35,808 nt of DNA from an uncultured Candidatus Obscuribacterales bacterium (lineage in GTDB: Bacteria; Cyanobacteriota; Vampirovibrionia; Obscuribacterales; Obscuribacteraceae). The notes under the pieces are model-generated. The model saw nothing but the letters and a program-made list of their open reading frames with translations. It did no database searches and was not told the origin of the DNA. Position 1 is the first letter of the stretch; each line of letters begins with the position of its first letter. The position numbers and the translations under genes are program-made. The stretch covers positions 1 through 35,808 of the forward strand of contig CAZHEZ010000061.1 of NCBI GenBank assembly GCA_964531315.1. The letters run 5' to 3'. This document shows positions 17,711 to 26,248 of this stretch, piece by piece.

Positions 17711-18719
17711 CTACGAGACAAATCCCATTGCCGAGCAGGCTCTGGAAAGTGTTTCTTCAGCCACGACTCGGGCTCGCTCGCGCCCATCCCTTATCACCTC
17801 AAGCACGCGCTCGGGCTCTGCCATGAGCTCGTTGTAGCGCGCCTGAATCGGTGCCAGGTAATCGACGATAGTCTCTGCAAGCAGAGGCTTGAATGTGCCA
17901 TAGCCCATGTCGGCGCATTCGGCTGTCACTTCTTCCCGCGTCTTTCCTGAAAGGACTGCGTAAATCGTGAGCAGATTGTGCACCTCGGGTCGAGCCGGGT
18001 TGTCGAATTCAAGACCGCATTGGCTGTCGGTCTTGGCGCTCTTTATCTTCTTGCGAATCACCTCGGGCGGGTCCATCAAATTGATGCGACTGGCGTCTAA
18101 GGTGTCTGACTTGGACATCTTCTTGGTTCCGTCCGTCAAGCTCATTACCTTGGCGGTCTCTGTCACCAGATACGGTGCAGGCAGGGTGAGAATCTCCTTG
18201 CCCTTTGACCCGTAGATGCGGTTGAATCGCGTGGCGATGTCCCGCGTCAATTCCAGGTGCTGTTTCTGGTCGAGACCGACAGGAACAAGGTCGGCATCGT
18301 ACAAAAGGATGTCGGCAGCCATGAGGACCGGATAGTCGAGCAGGCTGAGACTGGCGTCTTCGCCGTCTTTCGACTTCTCGCGAAACTGAATCATGCGCTT
18401 GAGCTGTCCCACCGATGTGATGGAGCCCAGTAGCCGAGCCAGTTGCGAGTGGGCCGCTACGTGTGACTGCACAAACAGAACGGACTTTTGAGGGTCCAAT
18501 CCGCAGGCCAGGTATAACGCGGCGGTGGACAGCACGTGCTGTCCTAATGTCTTGGGGTTGTAGTCCTCGGTAACTGCGTGCAAGTCGGCAATGAAGAGAA
18601 AGACCTCATGCGCGTCTTGCAGTTCTATGGCGCTTTTAACGGCGCCAAAGATAGTTCCCGAGGTGAACGTTGCCGGTCGGGCGGACGCCCGAGAGGATGC
18701 GTGAGTGTGTCGTTTTCAT
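17711..18719 (-). pseudogene. trpS: Tryptophan--tRNA ligase (trpS) with an apparent 1-nt insertion/frameshift in the 5' region
   Basis: ATG at 18719 encodes MKTTHSRILSGVRPTGNVHLGNYL (class I HIGH-type motif) and then hits a stop after WRR. The rest of TrpRS (GAVKSAIELQDAHEVFLFIADLHAVTEDYNP … KMSKSD … ACSAMGFVS) continues in another frame (track ORF 17711-18583). An extra A in the AAA run at 18647-18649 (cttTggcgcc on the coding strand) accounts for the shift. This is either a real pseudogene or a homopolymer sequencing error. Confidence 0.8.
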
Positions 18720-18830
18720 GACGTTCTCCTTGTGGGATTGTTGATGGGCGCAGCGGCCTCGACGTGGTCGAAGCGCGCTGCGCCGTTTGTTGGTTTTGAT
18801 GTTCAAGCGTGAGCAGGCATTGCTTGCCGG

Positions 18831-19286
18831 CTACGTTTGCACCATGACTGTGCGGTTTTCGATTGCTCGAATCAGCGCCAGTCTGAAGTCGGCCAGGACG
18901 CCGTCAGTGGCAGCCTTTTCATTGCGCCGATAGCCATTGGTGGAAACTTGGTCGCGATACCTGTGCTGCTCCAGCACGTGAAGCTGAAGCTTCTGGTCTT
19001 CGCAATAAAGTCCCATCCATACGGCTACCGCCGATGCAGAGCAGCGCTCCATGCGCAGCGCCGCGGCCAGATTCAGATCTGAGAGCTCCGTGTTGCAGCA
19101 GTTTGCCGAGGATTGCGCCACGTTGAATTGCCGCATGAATGCGATCTTGCAGATCGCCTCGAGCCTCTCAAGATCTTCTTCCATGATTGCCGTGCAGATG
19201 GAGAGAAGAAGTCCATCTGTGATGTTGGAACTCAGCCACCACCAGGCCTGCTTGGTTGCGTGGTCCGCGTTGATAAAAGGTTTCAT
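18831..19286 (-). CDS. Hypothetical ~150-aa protein, family P, copy 1 of 3 in tandem
   Basis: N-terminus MKPFINADHATKQAWWWLSSNITDGLLLSICTAIMEEDLERLEAICKIAF aligns with P2 and P3. Confidence 0.55.
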   Translation of the reverse strand: MKPFINADHATKQAWWWLSSNITDGLLLSICTAIMEEDLERLEAICKIAFMRQFNVAQSSANCCNTELSDLNLAAALRMERCSASAVAVWMGLYCEDQKLQLHVLEQHRYRDQVSTNGYRRNEKAATDGVLADFRLALIRAIENRTVMVQT

Positions 19287-19397
19287 CGTTTGCTTTCAAA
19301 CGGTGTGTGGGCATCAGCCCACACGTGTTCGGCGCCCTCCGGATTGAGAACACCGTTGAAACATTTGGTGCGGTGCTCCTTGTGGTGCTGTTGTCGC

Positions 19398-19853
19398 TTA
19401 GCCCTCACTCAGCCGTGCTTCCACAGCCTGAATCAGAGCCTGACCGATAGTGTCGAGCGTGAAGGCAGCCAGCTGTTGCTCCTGCCTGACCTGACCCGTG
19501 AAGACGACAAAGCCTTTGTCGAAGTCCTTCATCACGTAGAGGATGGTCTTGCGCTCGTCGCAAATCAGGACGAATCCTGAGCGGTTTCTGTTGCCTCCGC
19601 GGCTGTGGGCATAGCCCATCCGCAGAGCCTCACTCAATTTCAGGGAAGCGAGTTCCCTGTTGCAGCCGAGTGATTGCACTTCGCTTTTGGCGTAGTCGCC
19701 GGCGAAATGCTGCGTGCAAACTGCTTCCAGTGCCGGCTCATTTCTTTCGAGAATGGCTTGGCAAATGGTGAGCAGAAGGCCGGGTTGTATGTTGGACTGC
19801 AACCACTGCAGAACGCGAGTGGTTTGTTCGTCCATGGTGTTTAGCGGTTTCAT
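19398..19853 (-). CDS. Hypothetical ~150-aa protein, family P, copy 2 of 3
   Basis: MKPLNTMDEQTTRVLQWLQSNIQPGLLLTICQAILERNEPALEAVCTQHF. SD agagagg 6 nt upstream. C-terminal TIGQALIQAVEARL resembles the P3 segment TIRQALIAAVEAKL. Confidence 0.6.
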   Translation of the reverse strand: MKPLNTMDEQTTRVLQWLQSNIQPGLLLTICQAILERNEPALEAVCTQHFAGDYAKSEVQSLGCNRELASLKLSEALRMGYAHSRGGNRNRSGFVLICDERKTILYVMKDFDKGFVVFTGQVRQEQQLAAFTLDTIGQALIQAVEARLSEG

Positions 19854-19995
19854 ATTGGCCTCTCTGGCAAGCCCTCCGAGCTTGCATTCTTCGTTTCAGA
19901 TCACCCCCTGAAAGTGGATTTCCGCTTCCAGTTGCAGGGGGCGTGCGATTTTGTGGTGTTTGCCCTGGCAGGCAAAACACTGGGCGCCGTCAAAC

Positions 19996-20448
19996 TCAGC
20001 AGCGGCTGAGCTTGGCTTCGACGGCGGCGATCAGCGCCTGCCTGATGGTGGACAGGACTGCCTCGGGCTGCACAGGAGCACCATGCAGAATGCCGTGGGT
20101 GAAGTCGAATCCTTCGCCCTTGCCTTTCAGGTTGAGCCGGGTCTTGGGAGATTCGCACATCAGTCCCATCGCCGAACTCTCGACGCTGCCGACCGACATT
20201 GAGCGAAAACCGACTTGCAACGCGGACACCAAGCCGAGGGCGCGGAGCGCCTGATTGCAGGCGATTGCCGAAACTTCGCCGACGCCGTAACGCCGCGCGA
20301 AATTGATCTTGGAGATGGTTTCCAGCGTCTCGAGATCTTCTTCCAGAACAGCCAGACAGATACTTAGGAGCAAACCGTCCTTGATATTGCCGCGCAGCCA
20401 CCACCATATTTTCATGATGGCGTCGTCATCGTCATTGAGCTGTTTCAT
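19996..20448 (-). CDS. Hypothetical ~150-aa protein, family P, copy 3 of 3 (start set at the internal Met with an SD)
   Basis: The track ORF extends to 20619. The Met at 20448 (MKQLNDDDDAIMKIWWWLRGNIKDGLLLSICLAVLEEDLETLETISKINF) is preceded by aagaggaaaa and aligns with the P1 and P2 starts. Confidence 0.55.
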   Translation of the reverse strand: MKQLNDDDDAIMKIWWWLRGNIKDGLLLSICLAVLEEDLETLETISKINFARRYGVGEVSAIACNQALRALGLVSALQVGFRSMSVGSVESSAMGLMCESPKTRLNLKGKGEGFDFTHGILHGAPVQPEAVLSTIRQALIAAVEAKLSRC

Positions 20449-20483
20449 TTTTCCTCTTTCTTGCAGGCGTCCTGCCTGCAGCG

Positions 20484-21458
20484 TCAGATCATCCCCAGAG
20501 AGCGGATTTGCGCTTCCACGTCCTTGGGAAGGGTGAAGAAGCGGCGCTTGCCCTGGCACGGAATTGGCTTGGACAGGCGGCGCGGGTTGGCGAATTTGAA
20601 TCCGACCGGCCCTTCCCACCAGGGTGAGTTGGACTCGGTGACGCAGTCGACGATGTCGACCAGACCGATGATGGCTCCCATAGGCAGCTTGTCTTCAGCC
20701 GGAATGCGCACGCCGAAGTGCCCGCGGCTCTGGAGAACCTTGCGGATATAGGCCTTGGAGCGCTGGTAGACGCCTTCGGGCTGTTCGTCGGCGGCGTGGA
20801 TGGCGATGGTGCCGCGGACCCGGGCGGGCCACTGGCGGTTTTCCATGTCCTTGCCGACGTTGAAGACGGTCCAGGCCCAGGGCTGACGCAAGGTCAGCCC
20901 CTTGAGACCGGCTTTGGGATCGTGGCGGTTCTCTCTCACCAGGCGCTCCGCTTCGATGATGAATTCCGGCATTTTTGCCGGCAGGTCTTCGAGCGCGCAG
21001 GTGAGAATCGCACCCATGCCGGCCAGTTCACTCAGGCATTTGCCACCGCGGCTGGTGCCGATGCAGACGACGCCGCGAGCGGTAAGTTCGCGCAAGATTT
21101 CGGAGGGGCGATCGCGTCCCTGGAAATCCAGTGAGCGATTGGCCGGTCCGTCTCCGCCGAAGCCGGGCACATTGGCAAACAGGCTGGGCGACTGGTCCTG
21201 GGTCATGTCGTGCGACTGGTCGATGATGGCGATATCGATGTCCGCAAGATCGAATTTCTGGCCGGGAGGCCAATCTTCGATCTTCTTCGGGTCCACCACT
21301 TCCAGATAGACGAAGTCCTTCTCCAGCCCTCTGTAGAGGTCGAAGGCGGTGCCCTGAGTCCAGGTCAGTCCCTTCAACTGCTTTTTGAGAGCGGTGAATG
21401 TGCGCAGGTTCTCCTCACGGTGAACCTTGCGCGCAGACAGTATCAGCAGAACTCTCAT
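20484..21458 (-). CDS. ASCH-domain protein with an N-terminal ~190-aa domain of unknown function
   Basis: C-terminal ASCH-like pattern LRQPWAWTVFNVGKDMENRQWPARVRGTIAIHAA…PMGAIIGLVDIVDCV…PWWEGPVGFKFANPRRLSKPIPCQGKRRFFTLP. SD ggagga 6 nt before the ATG at 21458; the track ORF begins at 21605. Confidence 0.6.
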   Translation of the reverse strand: MRVLLILSARKVHREENLRTFTALKKQLKGLTWTQGTAFDLYRGLEKDFVYLEVVDPKKIEDWPPGQKFDLADIDIAIIDQSHDMTQDQSPSLFANVPGFGGDGPANRSLDFQGRDRPSEILRELTARGVVCIGTSRGGKCLSELAGMGAILTCALEDLPAKMPEFIIEAERLVRENRHDPKAGLKGLTLRQPWAWTVFNVGKDMENRQWPARVRGTIAIHAADEQPEGVYQRSKAYIRKVLQSRGHFGVRIPAEDKLPMGAIIGLVDIVDCVTESNSPWWEGPVGFKFANPRRLSKPIPCQGKRRFFTLPKDVEAQIRSLGMI

Positions 21459-21475
21459 TTGAGTCCTCCGTTTTT

Positions 21476-21916
21476 TCAGTTGGCTGCGGTAGCAGCCGAG
21501 GACGGCCAGTTGGCGGCAGGCCGGGGCGGCGGCGGCGGCGCCGGCCAGATTGGAACGAAGTGGCTGCCCGTGTGCTGCTTGCCGCGCCAGGTGAAGCGAT
21601 ACCACTTATCCTGCACCCACTGCCAGGCAGTCAGTTCGGCGCTCCTTCCATCCAGGCGGAATTTGCAAAAGCCGTTGCTGGCGCCCAGCGGTTCGATGCG
21701 TTCACGCACGGCGCAACTCATCACCTGCATGATTGCCCCGATGCTGGCATCGGCCGGAACGACGAGAATCATGTTCTCGACATGCTTTTTGCCACCCGCC
21801 TCATACTCGAGGTTGGTGTTGAACAGTTTGGTCTGGGGCGATTTCCCGCATGAACACAGGCAGTGCGCAGAACAGGGGGGTTTGAACGTCGTAGTCGTAG
21901 TCATCGGATCCTCCAT
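21476..21916 (-). CDS. Hypothetical Cys-rich protein with a Pro-rich C-terminus
   Basis: MEDPMTTTTTFKPPCSAHCLCSCGK… ending …WPAPPPPPRPAANWPSSAATAAN. Stop lies 17 nt before the ASCH gene start; the track ORF starts at 21946. Confidence 0.45.
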   Translation of the reverse strand: MEDPMTTTTTFKPPCSAHCLCSCGKSPQTKLFNTNLEYEAGGKKHVENMILVVPADASIGAIMQVMSCAVRERIEPLGASNGFCKFRLDGRSAELTAWQWVQDKWYRFTWRGKQHTGSHFVPIWPAPPPPPRPAANWPSSAATAAN

Positions 21917-21969
21917 GGGAGCCGGGACAATTGTCCCGACTCCCATTCATTTTCGAGTTTCGGCGGATA

Positions 21970-23421
21970 TCAGGCCTTGGGCCGGACTCCCCAGGCGCAG
22001 CGCGCCGAGACGGCGAGCGTAGCGGGGTCTTGCTCGACCGCCACCATGCCGCCCAGGAATTCATAGTCGAAGCTCTCGCCCAGGTATTCCCAGATGAAGG
22101 GTACCTTGCTCACCGGGCTGAGCAGCCGGTCGTGCTTGATGGAAGCGTCGCGACGCTCCAGAAGCGGATTGACCATCAGCTTGGTGTTGTCGCGCCAGTC
22201 CTTGCAGAAGGGGAAGAGCTTGAGCAGCCAGCCGTTGATCTTCTCGCCGCCCGACTCGCTTTTCTGCTTGTAGATGTCTTCGAAGTAGCGCGTGTCGGCA
22301 TTGCCGGCAGCCGCGGCAGCGAGCTTATCGACGATCTCGATCACATGGCGCAGCCAGGGACTGAGGTCGCTATAACGCTCGTTGAGCTTGCGCACCTTGG
22401 CGGCGAGTTTCTGCCAGTCGGCGACCTCTCCCTTGAGGAAGATCTCGGGGATGCCGCAGAGCGTGCCGACGCGATACTCGAAGTAGGACTGCATCGAGTC
22501 CATGAGCACGATCTGCGAGACGGCCTTTTCGACGGGACCCGTCGTGCCGAAGTCGCTGACGATGAGCCCATGGGTTTCGTCACCGATGTAGCCGCGGATG
22601 GCATCCGAGAATTCGCCGAAGCAGCCGGCCCAGTCGTTGCTGGCAGAGCCCTTCACAAACTCGTTGCGGATGATGCGGATGAGTTCCTTGCCTTCATGCG
22701 AGACGAAGTGCTTGCGCCACTTCTCGGGGTCTTGCGCGATGTAGGCGGACAGCCCCTGCGTGACGGTCAGCCAGATGTGATCCGGCGTGAGCAGGAGCGG
22801 GAAGTGCTGGCGGAAAGCCAGATCGGCAGCCGCCACCAACCCATGGATGGGAAAGTGGTTGGCGACGGGAGCGTCAGGATCGCTGACTGCTTCCAGCGTT
22901 TTGGTGGCAGAGCCCTTGCCGACTCTTTGCCCGCTCAAGACGGCCTCGAACATGCTGGAGAGCGATGTGGTGGCATGCGGGGAATGGGCGGCACTGACGC
23001 GGCAGACGCGGAACTTGGTGACCGGAATCGGCTTGTCGACAAGGATTGGGGCGACCGGCTCGGTTGCAGCAACGGCAGCGGCCGCATCGTGCTGCTCGCC
23101 TGAGTTGGCATTGACTGCCACCACTGGCTCGGGCTCGCGTTCTGGTGTCGGCGTTTCCGCCGTGGCTGCGCGCGCCGAAACCTGCAGTTTTGCTTCGCCT
23201 TGCTTGCGGCTCACAGTCCAGTCGCTGCCGGCGAACCGGGCGATGGCTGCGTCGACGGCGGCATCAGCGATGCCGGCGATGCTCACTTCGATGGGCTTGC
23301 CCTCTTCACTCTCCGTGATCGCTGTCACCAGCGCATCGTGGAGCGTCTGAACAGCGGTGGCGCGTTGGGCGCGAAGAGCGGCGACTTCTTCTTTGCTGGG
23401 AATCGGTTTGTCTTGTTGCAC
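21970..23421 (-). CDS. Hypothetical protein (483 aa): Ala/Pro/Glu-rich N-terminal region plus a large conserved-looking domain (tentatively DUF4419-like)
   Basis: GTG start at 23421 with SD aaggaga 6 nt upstream. The N-terminal ~130 aa are low-complexity (…AATAETPTPEREPEPVVAVNA…). The core contains HFPLLLTPDHIWLTVTQGLSAYI. The domain assignment is from memory only. Confidence 0.55.
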   Translation of the reverse strand: MQQDKPIPSKEEVAALRAQRATAVQTLHDALVTAITESEEGKPIEVSIAGIADAAVDAAIARFAGSDWTVSRKQGEAKLQVSARAATAETPTPEREPEPVVAVNANSGEQHDAAAAVAATEPVAPILVDKPIPVTKFRVCRVSAAHSPHATTSLSSMFEAVLSGQRVGKGSATKTLEAVSDPDAPVANHFPIHGLVAAADLAFRQHFPLLLTPDHIWLTVTQGLSAYIAQDPEKWRKHFVSHEGKELIRIIRNEFVKGSASNDWAGCFGEFSDAIRGYIGDETHGLIVSDFGTTGPVEKAVSQIVLMDSMQSYFEYRVGTLCGIPEIFLKGEVADWQKLAAKVRKLNERYSDLSPWLRHVIEIVDKLAAAAAGNADTRYFEDIYKQKSESGGEKINGWLLKLFPFCKDWRDNTKLMVNPLLERRDASIKHDRLLSPVSKVPFIWEYLGESFDYEFLGGMVAVEQDPATLAVSARCAWGVRPKA

Positions 23422-23433
23422 TATTTCTCCTTA

Positions 23434-23532
23434 GTCCCTACAGGGACGGGGTGAGGAACAGCCTGATCGTCAGGCTGTTTTCGGACTCAGACTGGGAGAA
23501 GAACCCTCCCTGCAGACAGCCTGCAGGGAGGG
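23434..23532 (-). terminator. Three consecutive perfect palindromic hairpins between the 476-aa and 483-aa genes (attenuator/terminator-like)
   Basis: gtccct-ac-agggac (23434-23447); aacagcctga-tcg-tcaggctgtt (23457-23479); ccctccctgcag-acagc-ctgcagggaggg (23504-23532). On the minus-strand transcript the 12-bp-stem hairpin is followed by UUCUUCUCCC. Confidence 0.45.
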
Positions 23533-23555
23533 CTCCGTGGAGAATGCCGGGCAGC

Positions 23556-24986
23556 TTAGATCGGGTCGTTGACGACCTGGAGGTGCGGGAACGCGTCCTT
23601 GAAGAACAGTTCCATCTCCTCAGCCTGTTCGGCGGTCGGCTGGAAGGTGCCCGAGTTGCGGTTGAAGTGGATGACGCCCTTTTCGTCTTTCCAGATTTCT
23701 CCGGCGAAGTACGTGCGCAGGCTGTACGCCGCCATCAAGACGTGCTTGCTCAGGATCCAGTCCAGCAGTTTGGCACCGCCAGTGATGCGGGCCAGAATGA
23801 CCGTTGTGATGTTATTGCCGGCTTGGTCCTTCTCCTTCAGCACCACAAGGTTGTACTTGTTGGACTGACCTTCCGAGTGCGTGCGCATCGCGTTGTAGAT
23901 GTCACGCTCGCTGCGCAAACCCGGCACCACTGTGTAGCGCGGCACCAGAATTTTGCGCATGCACCAGATCACTGGGCGCGAAAAGAGAACCGCCTTCTTG
24001 GCGCGTGTGGCCAGGTTTGGCTTCTCTTGCGGGAAGGGCTTCAGTGGCACAGCCTGGTACTTCTCGACGTCCACTCGTGATTGCGAGCCCTCGAAAAGGT
24101 TGTGCGCGCCCCAGAAGAGCCGCATGATGGCGCCGACCTGGCTGGCGGACGACACTTTCATGTCGATTTCCCGCAGGTAATCGACATTGTCCGGCAGAGG
24201 CGGAGCGATCGGCGCAGCCGCAGTGCGGCTGGTTTTCTTCTTGCCGCCGCCGAGCAGGCGGGCAGGCAGTGAGGTTACGCCCAGCATGAACTTGGAGAAC
24301 TTGCTGCCGGCTTTCGCCTTCAGCTCCATGTTACGCTGCGAGTGACGGCAGATCGTGGTCAGTTCGGCGCCGATGATGCGCAGCGCGTACCGCTCGATGC
24401 GGTCGGGCGTGGTGCGAATCACCTCGAATTGGACGGGCTTGCCGTCGTAGGTGAGGCCGTCGTTGACCAGCGAGGTGAAGAGCGAATACGGCCAGTAGCG
24501 AACGGACAGAGGACGTTTACCGGACTTGAAGCCGGCCCGTTCCATGACGCGCATGCAGGCATTGACGCAGGTCCAGTACTTGTTGCCGTGGAAGTGCTGC
24601 ATCGATTCCCGGAGCTTCTCAGCCGCCTCAGGGGGAAGCCCTTTGAGACGAATGAGCAGGCCCGATTGCGCGAAGCCTTTGGTCGCTTCGATGACGGAAG
24701 GCGCCCTTTTGAGCGACTTGCCGGCGAACTTCTGGTAGCCGCCCTTGCCGTCGGGGCAGACCAGGTACGCGTTGGGGCGACCGAAGCCGATGAAGATTTC
24801 GTCCTGACCGGAGAAGACTTCGGCGATCTTGAACACCTTCAGGTCGGCGACGGCATGCTCACGCACGGTGGTGGCGTCGATGACCTCAGGGATAAGACCG
24901 CCCATCAAGTCGTTTTCCGGGCGACATTCGAAGTGATTAGCGTACCCGTCGGCTGTAGCGACGGATGTTTGGTGCTTTTGAGCCAT
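23556..24986 (-). CDS. Hypothetical protein (476 aa), first gene of the minus-strand cluster
   Basis: Strong SD aaggaga 6 nt upstream of the ATG at 24986. No recognised domain (HFHGNKYWTCVNACMRV region noted). The plus-strand ORFs inside it are shadows. Confidence 0.6.
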   Translation of the reverse strand: MAQKHQTSVATADGYANHFECRPENDLMGGLIPEVIDATTVREHAVADLKVFKIAEVFSGQDEIFIGFGRPNAYLVCPDGKGGYQKFAGKSLKRAPSVIEATKGFAQSGLLIRLKGLPPEAAEKLRESMQHFHGNKYWTCVNACMRVMERAGFKSGKRPLSVRYWPYSLFTSLVNDGLTYDGKPVQFEVIRTTPDRIERYALRIIGAELTTICRHSQRNMELKAKAGSKFSKFMLGVTSLPARLLGGGKKKTSRTAAAPIAPPLPDNVDYLREIDMKVSSASQVGAIMRLFWGAHNLFEGSQSRVDVEKYQAVPLKPFPQEKPNLATRAKKAVLFSRPVIWCMRKILVPRYTVVPGLRSERDIYNAMRTHSEGQSNKYNLVVLKEKDQAGNNITTVILARITGGAKLLDWILSKHVLMAAYSLRTYFAGEIWKDEKGVIHFNRNSGTFQPTAEQAEEMELFFKDAFPHLQVVNDPI

Positions 24987-25056
24987 CTGTGTCTCCTTCT
25001 GTACTTAAATGCGCTGGCCGGTGGTGAACCGAAAAGCGACAGAGTTTGAGAGAGGA

Positions 25057-25326
25057 CTACTGAACGGCGTTGCGGCGCGCGTATTTGCGCACACCGGAGC
25101 CGAGGGTAATCACGCCTGTGAGCACGACGAGCCAGCTCAAGGGCGTGTAGAGGGGAAGGCTTTCGTTGCCGGCCGGAGAGGCGATCAAGAAAGCGCCGAA
25201 GAAGAGCCACGCGAGACCACCGATGATGCGACCGGCGCCACGAATTCCTTCGTTTTTGGCGAACAGGGTGAGCGCATTGGCGAACGCGAGCAGCACCGCA
25301 ATCACGAACAAGCTAGTTGCGAGCAT
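25057..25326 (-). CDS. Small membrane protein (~89 aa), hypothetical
   Basis: SD aaggaga directly upstream of the Met at 25326 (MLATSLFVIAVLLAFANAL…); three hydrophobic helices. The track ORF extends to 25425. Confidence 0.5.
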   Translation of the reverse strand: MLATSLFVIAVLLAFANALTLFAKNEGIRGAGRIIGGLAWLFFGAFLIASPAGNESLPLYTPLSWLVVLTGVITLGSGVRKYARRNAVQ

Positions 25327-26248
25327 GTATGTTTCTCCTTTGGGACCAATGAGAGAAACGCAGACCTTTGCGGTGAGCGCCTCTTCATCAGTCGTGAAAA
25401 ACTGAAAACGCGAATCTGCGAACACACGGTGTTTAGACCGCAGGTTCCAATTGATTCGCAGTGATAAGACGGGACGCGAACTGTTGTGATCAGGCTCCAG
25501 ACAAACCGGACCGGGTCAACTCAACCGAATAAATTCGGTGTCTCTTACTCAAGAGAAAGCAAGAAAGTTAGAGTTGAAACGGGGTCCTTAGTGATTTGGG
25601 AGCAAATGAGATACAAGTCGAACCTACGCGACGCGCCTGTTTATCACCAAAGAATGTCAAGAAGTTTGAAAGACGAGAAATGATACTGAAATGCATACCA
25701 GGCCCATGATTCAAGGGATTTTCATGCGCAGGTGAAACAGATCTTTTCTAGTGATAGCTAAAACCAGGCTTTGAGCTAGCGAAGGAAACCTAGACTGCAA
25801 GCGGATTTAACCGATCTCAGGATTGTGCTTGACATCTGTTTCCAAGGACTGAATTAGCACCAGCAAATATTGTCGATTACTCTGGTTTCAAGCCAGTGCA
25901 AAAGTCCGAAAACCGGCTCGTGATTGCAGTCTTCGCGCGCTTGCGCGAGCTTGTGCTAGGGCGGCAGAAATGCAAACTGACATGGGTTCGCAAACAGTGA
26001 CATTGATTATGAGTCAAAAAACCTCACGTGAGTGTTGTTCGAGCCTCATCAAGACTGTTAAACCAAATTATCCATTTCCTTTCACACACTTCCGTTCTTT
26101 CAAGTCAGGTCCCAGCGCTCACTCAACTTCCATTGTTTGAACACCGCCTAAAAGGTGGTGAGCTGAACGCCGCTTGTTGAAACCAAAGTGTCTTCGGAAA
26201 TGTCATCTCAACTCTCCTGTCTAAATCTGAATTTAAGGAGGCAGACTC

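Noticed and set aside
20718-23103. Long plus-strand ORFs (20718-21134, 21210-22022, 21931-23103, 22787-23350, 24342-25049)
   Set aside because: All lie antisense within motif- and SD-supported minus-strand genes. Their products are Gly/Ala/Arg/Asp-rich low-complexity, typical of high-GC shadow frames.
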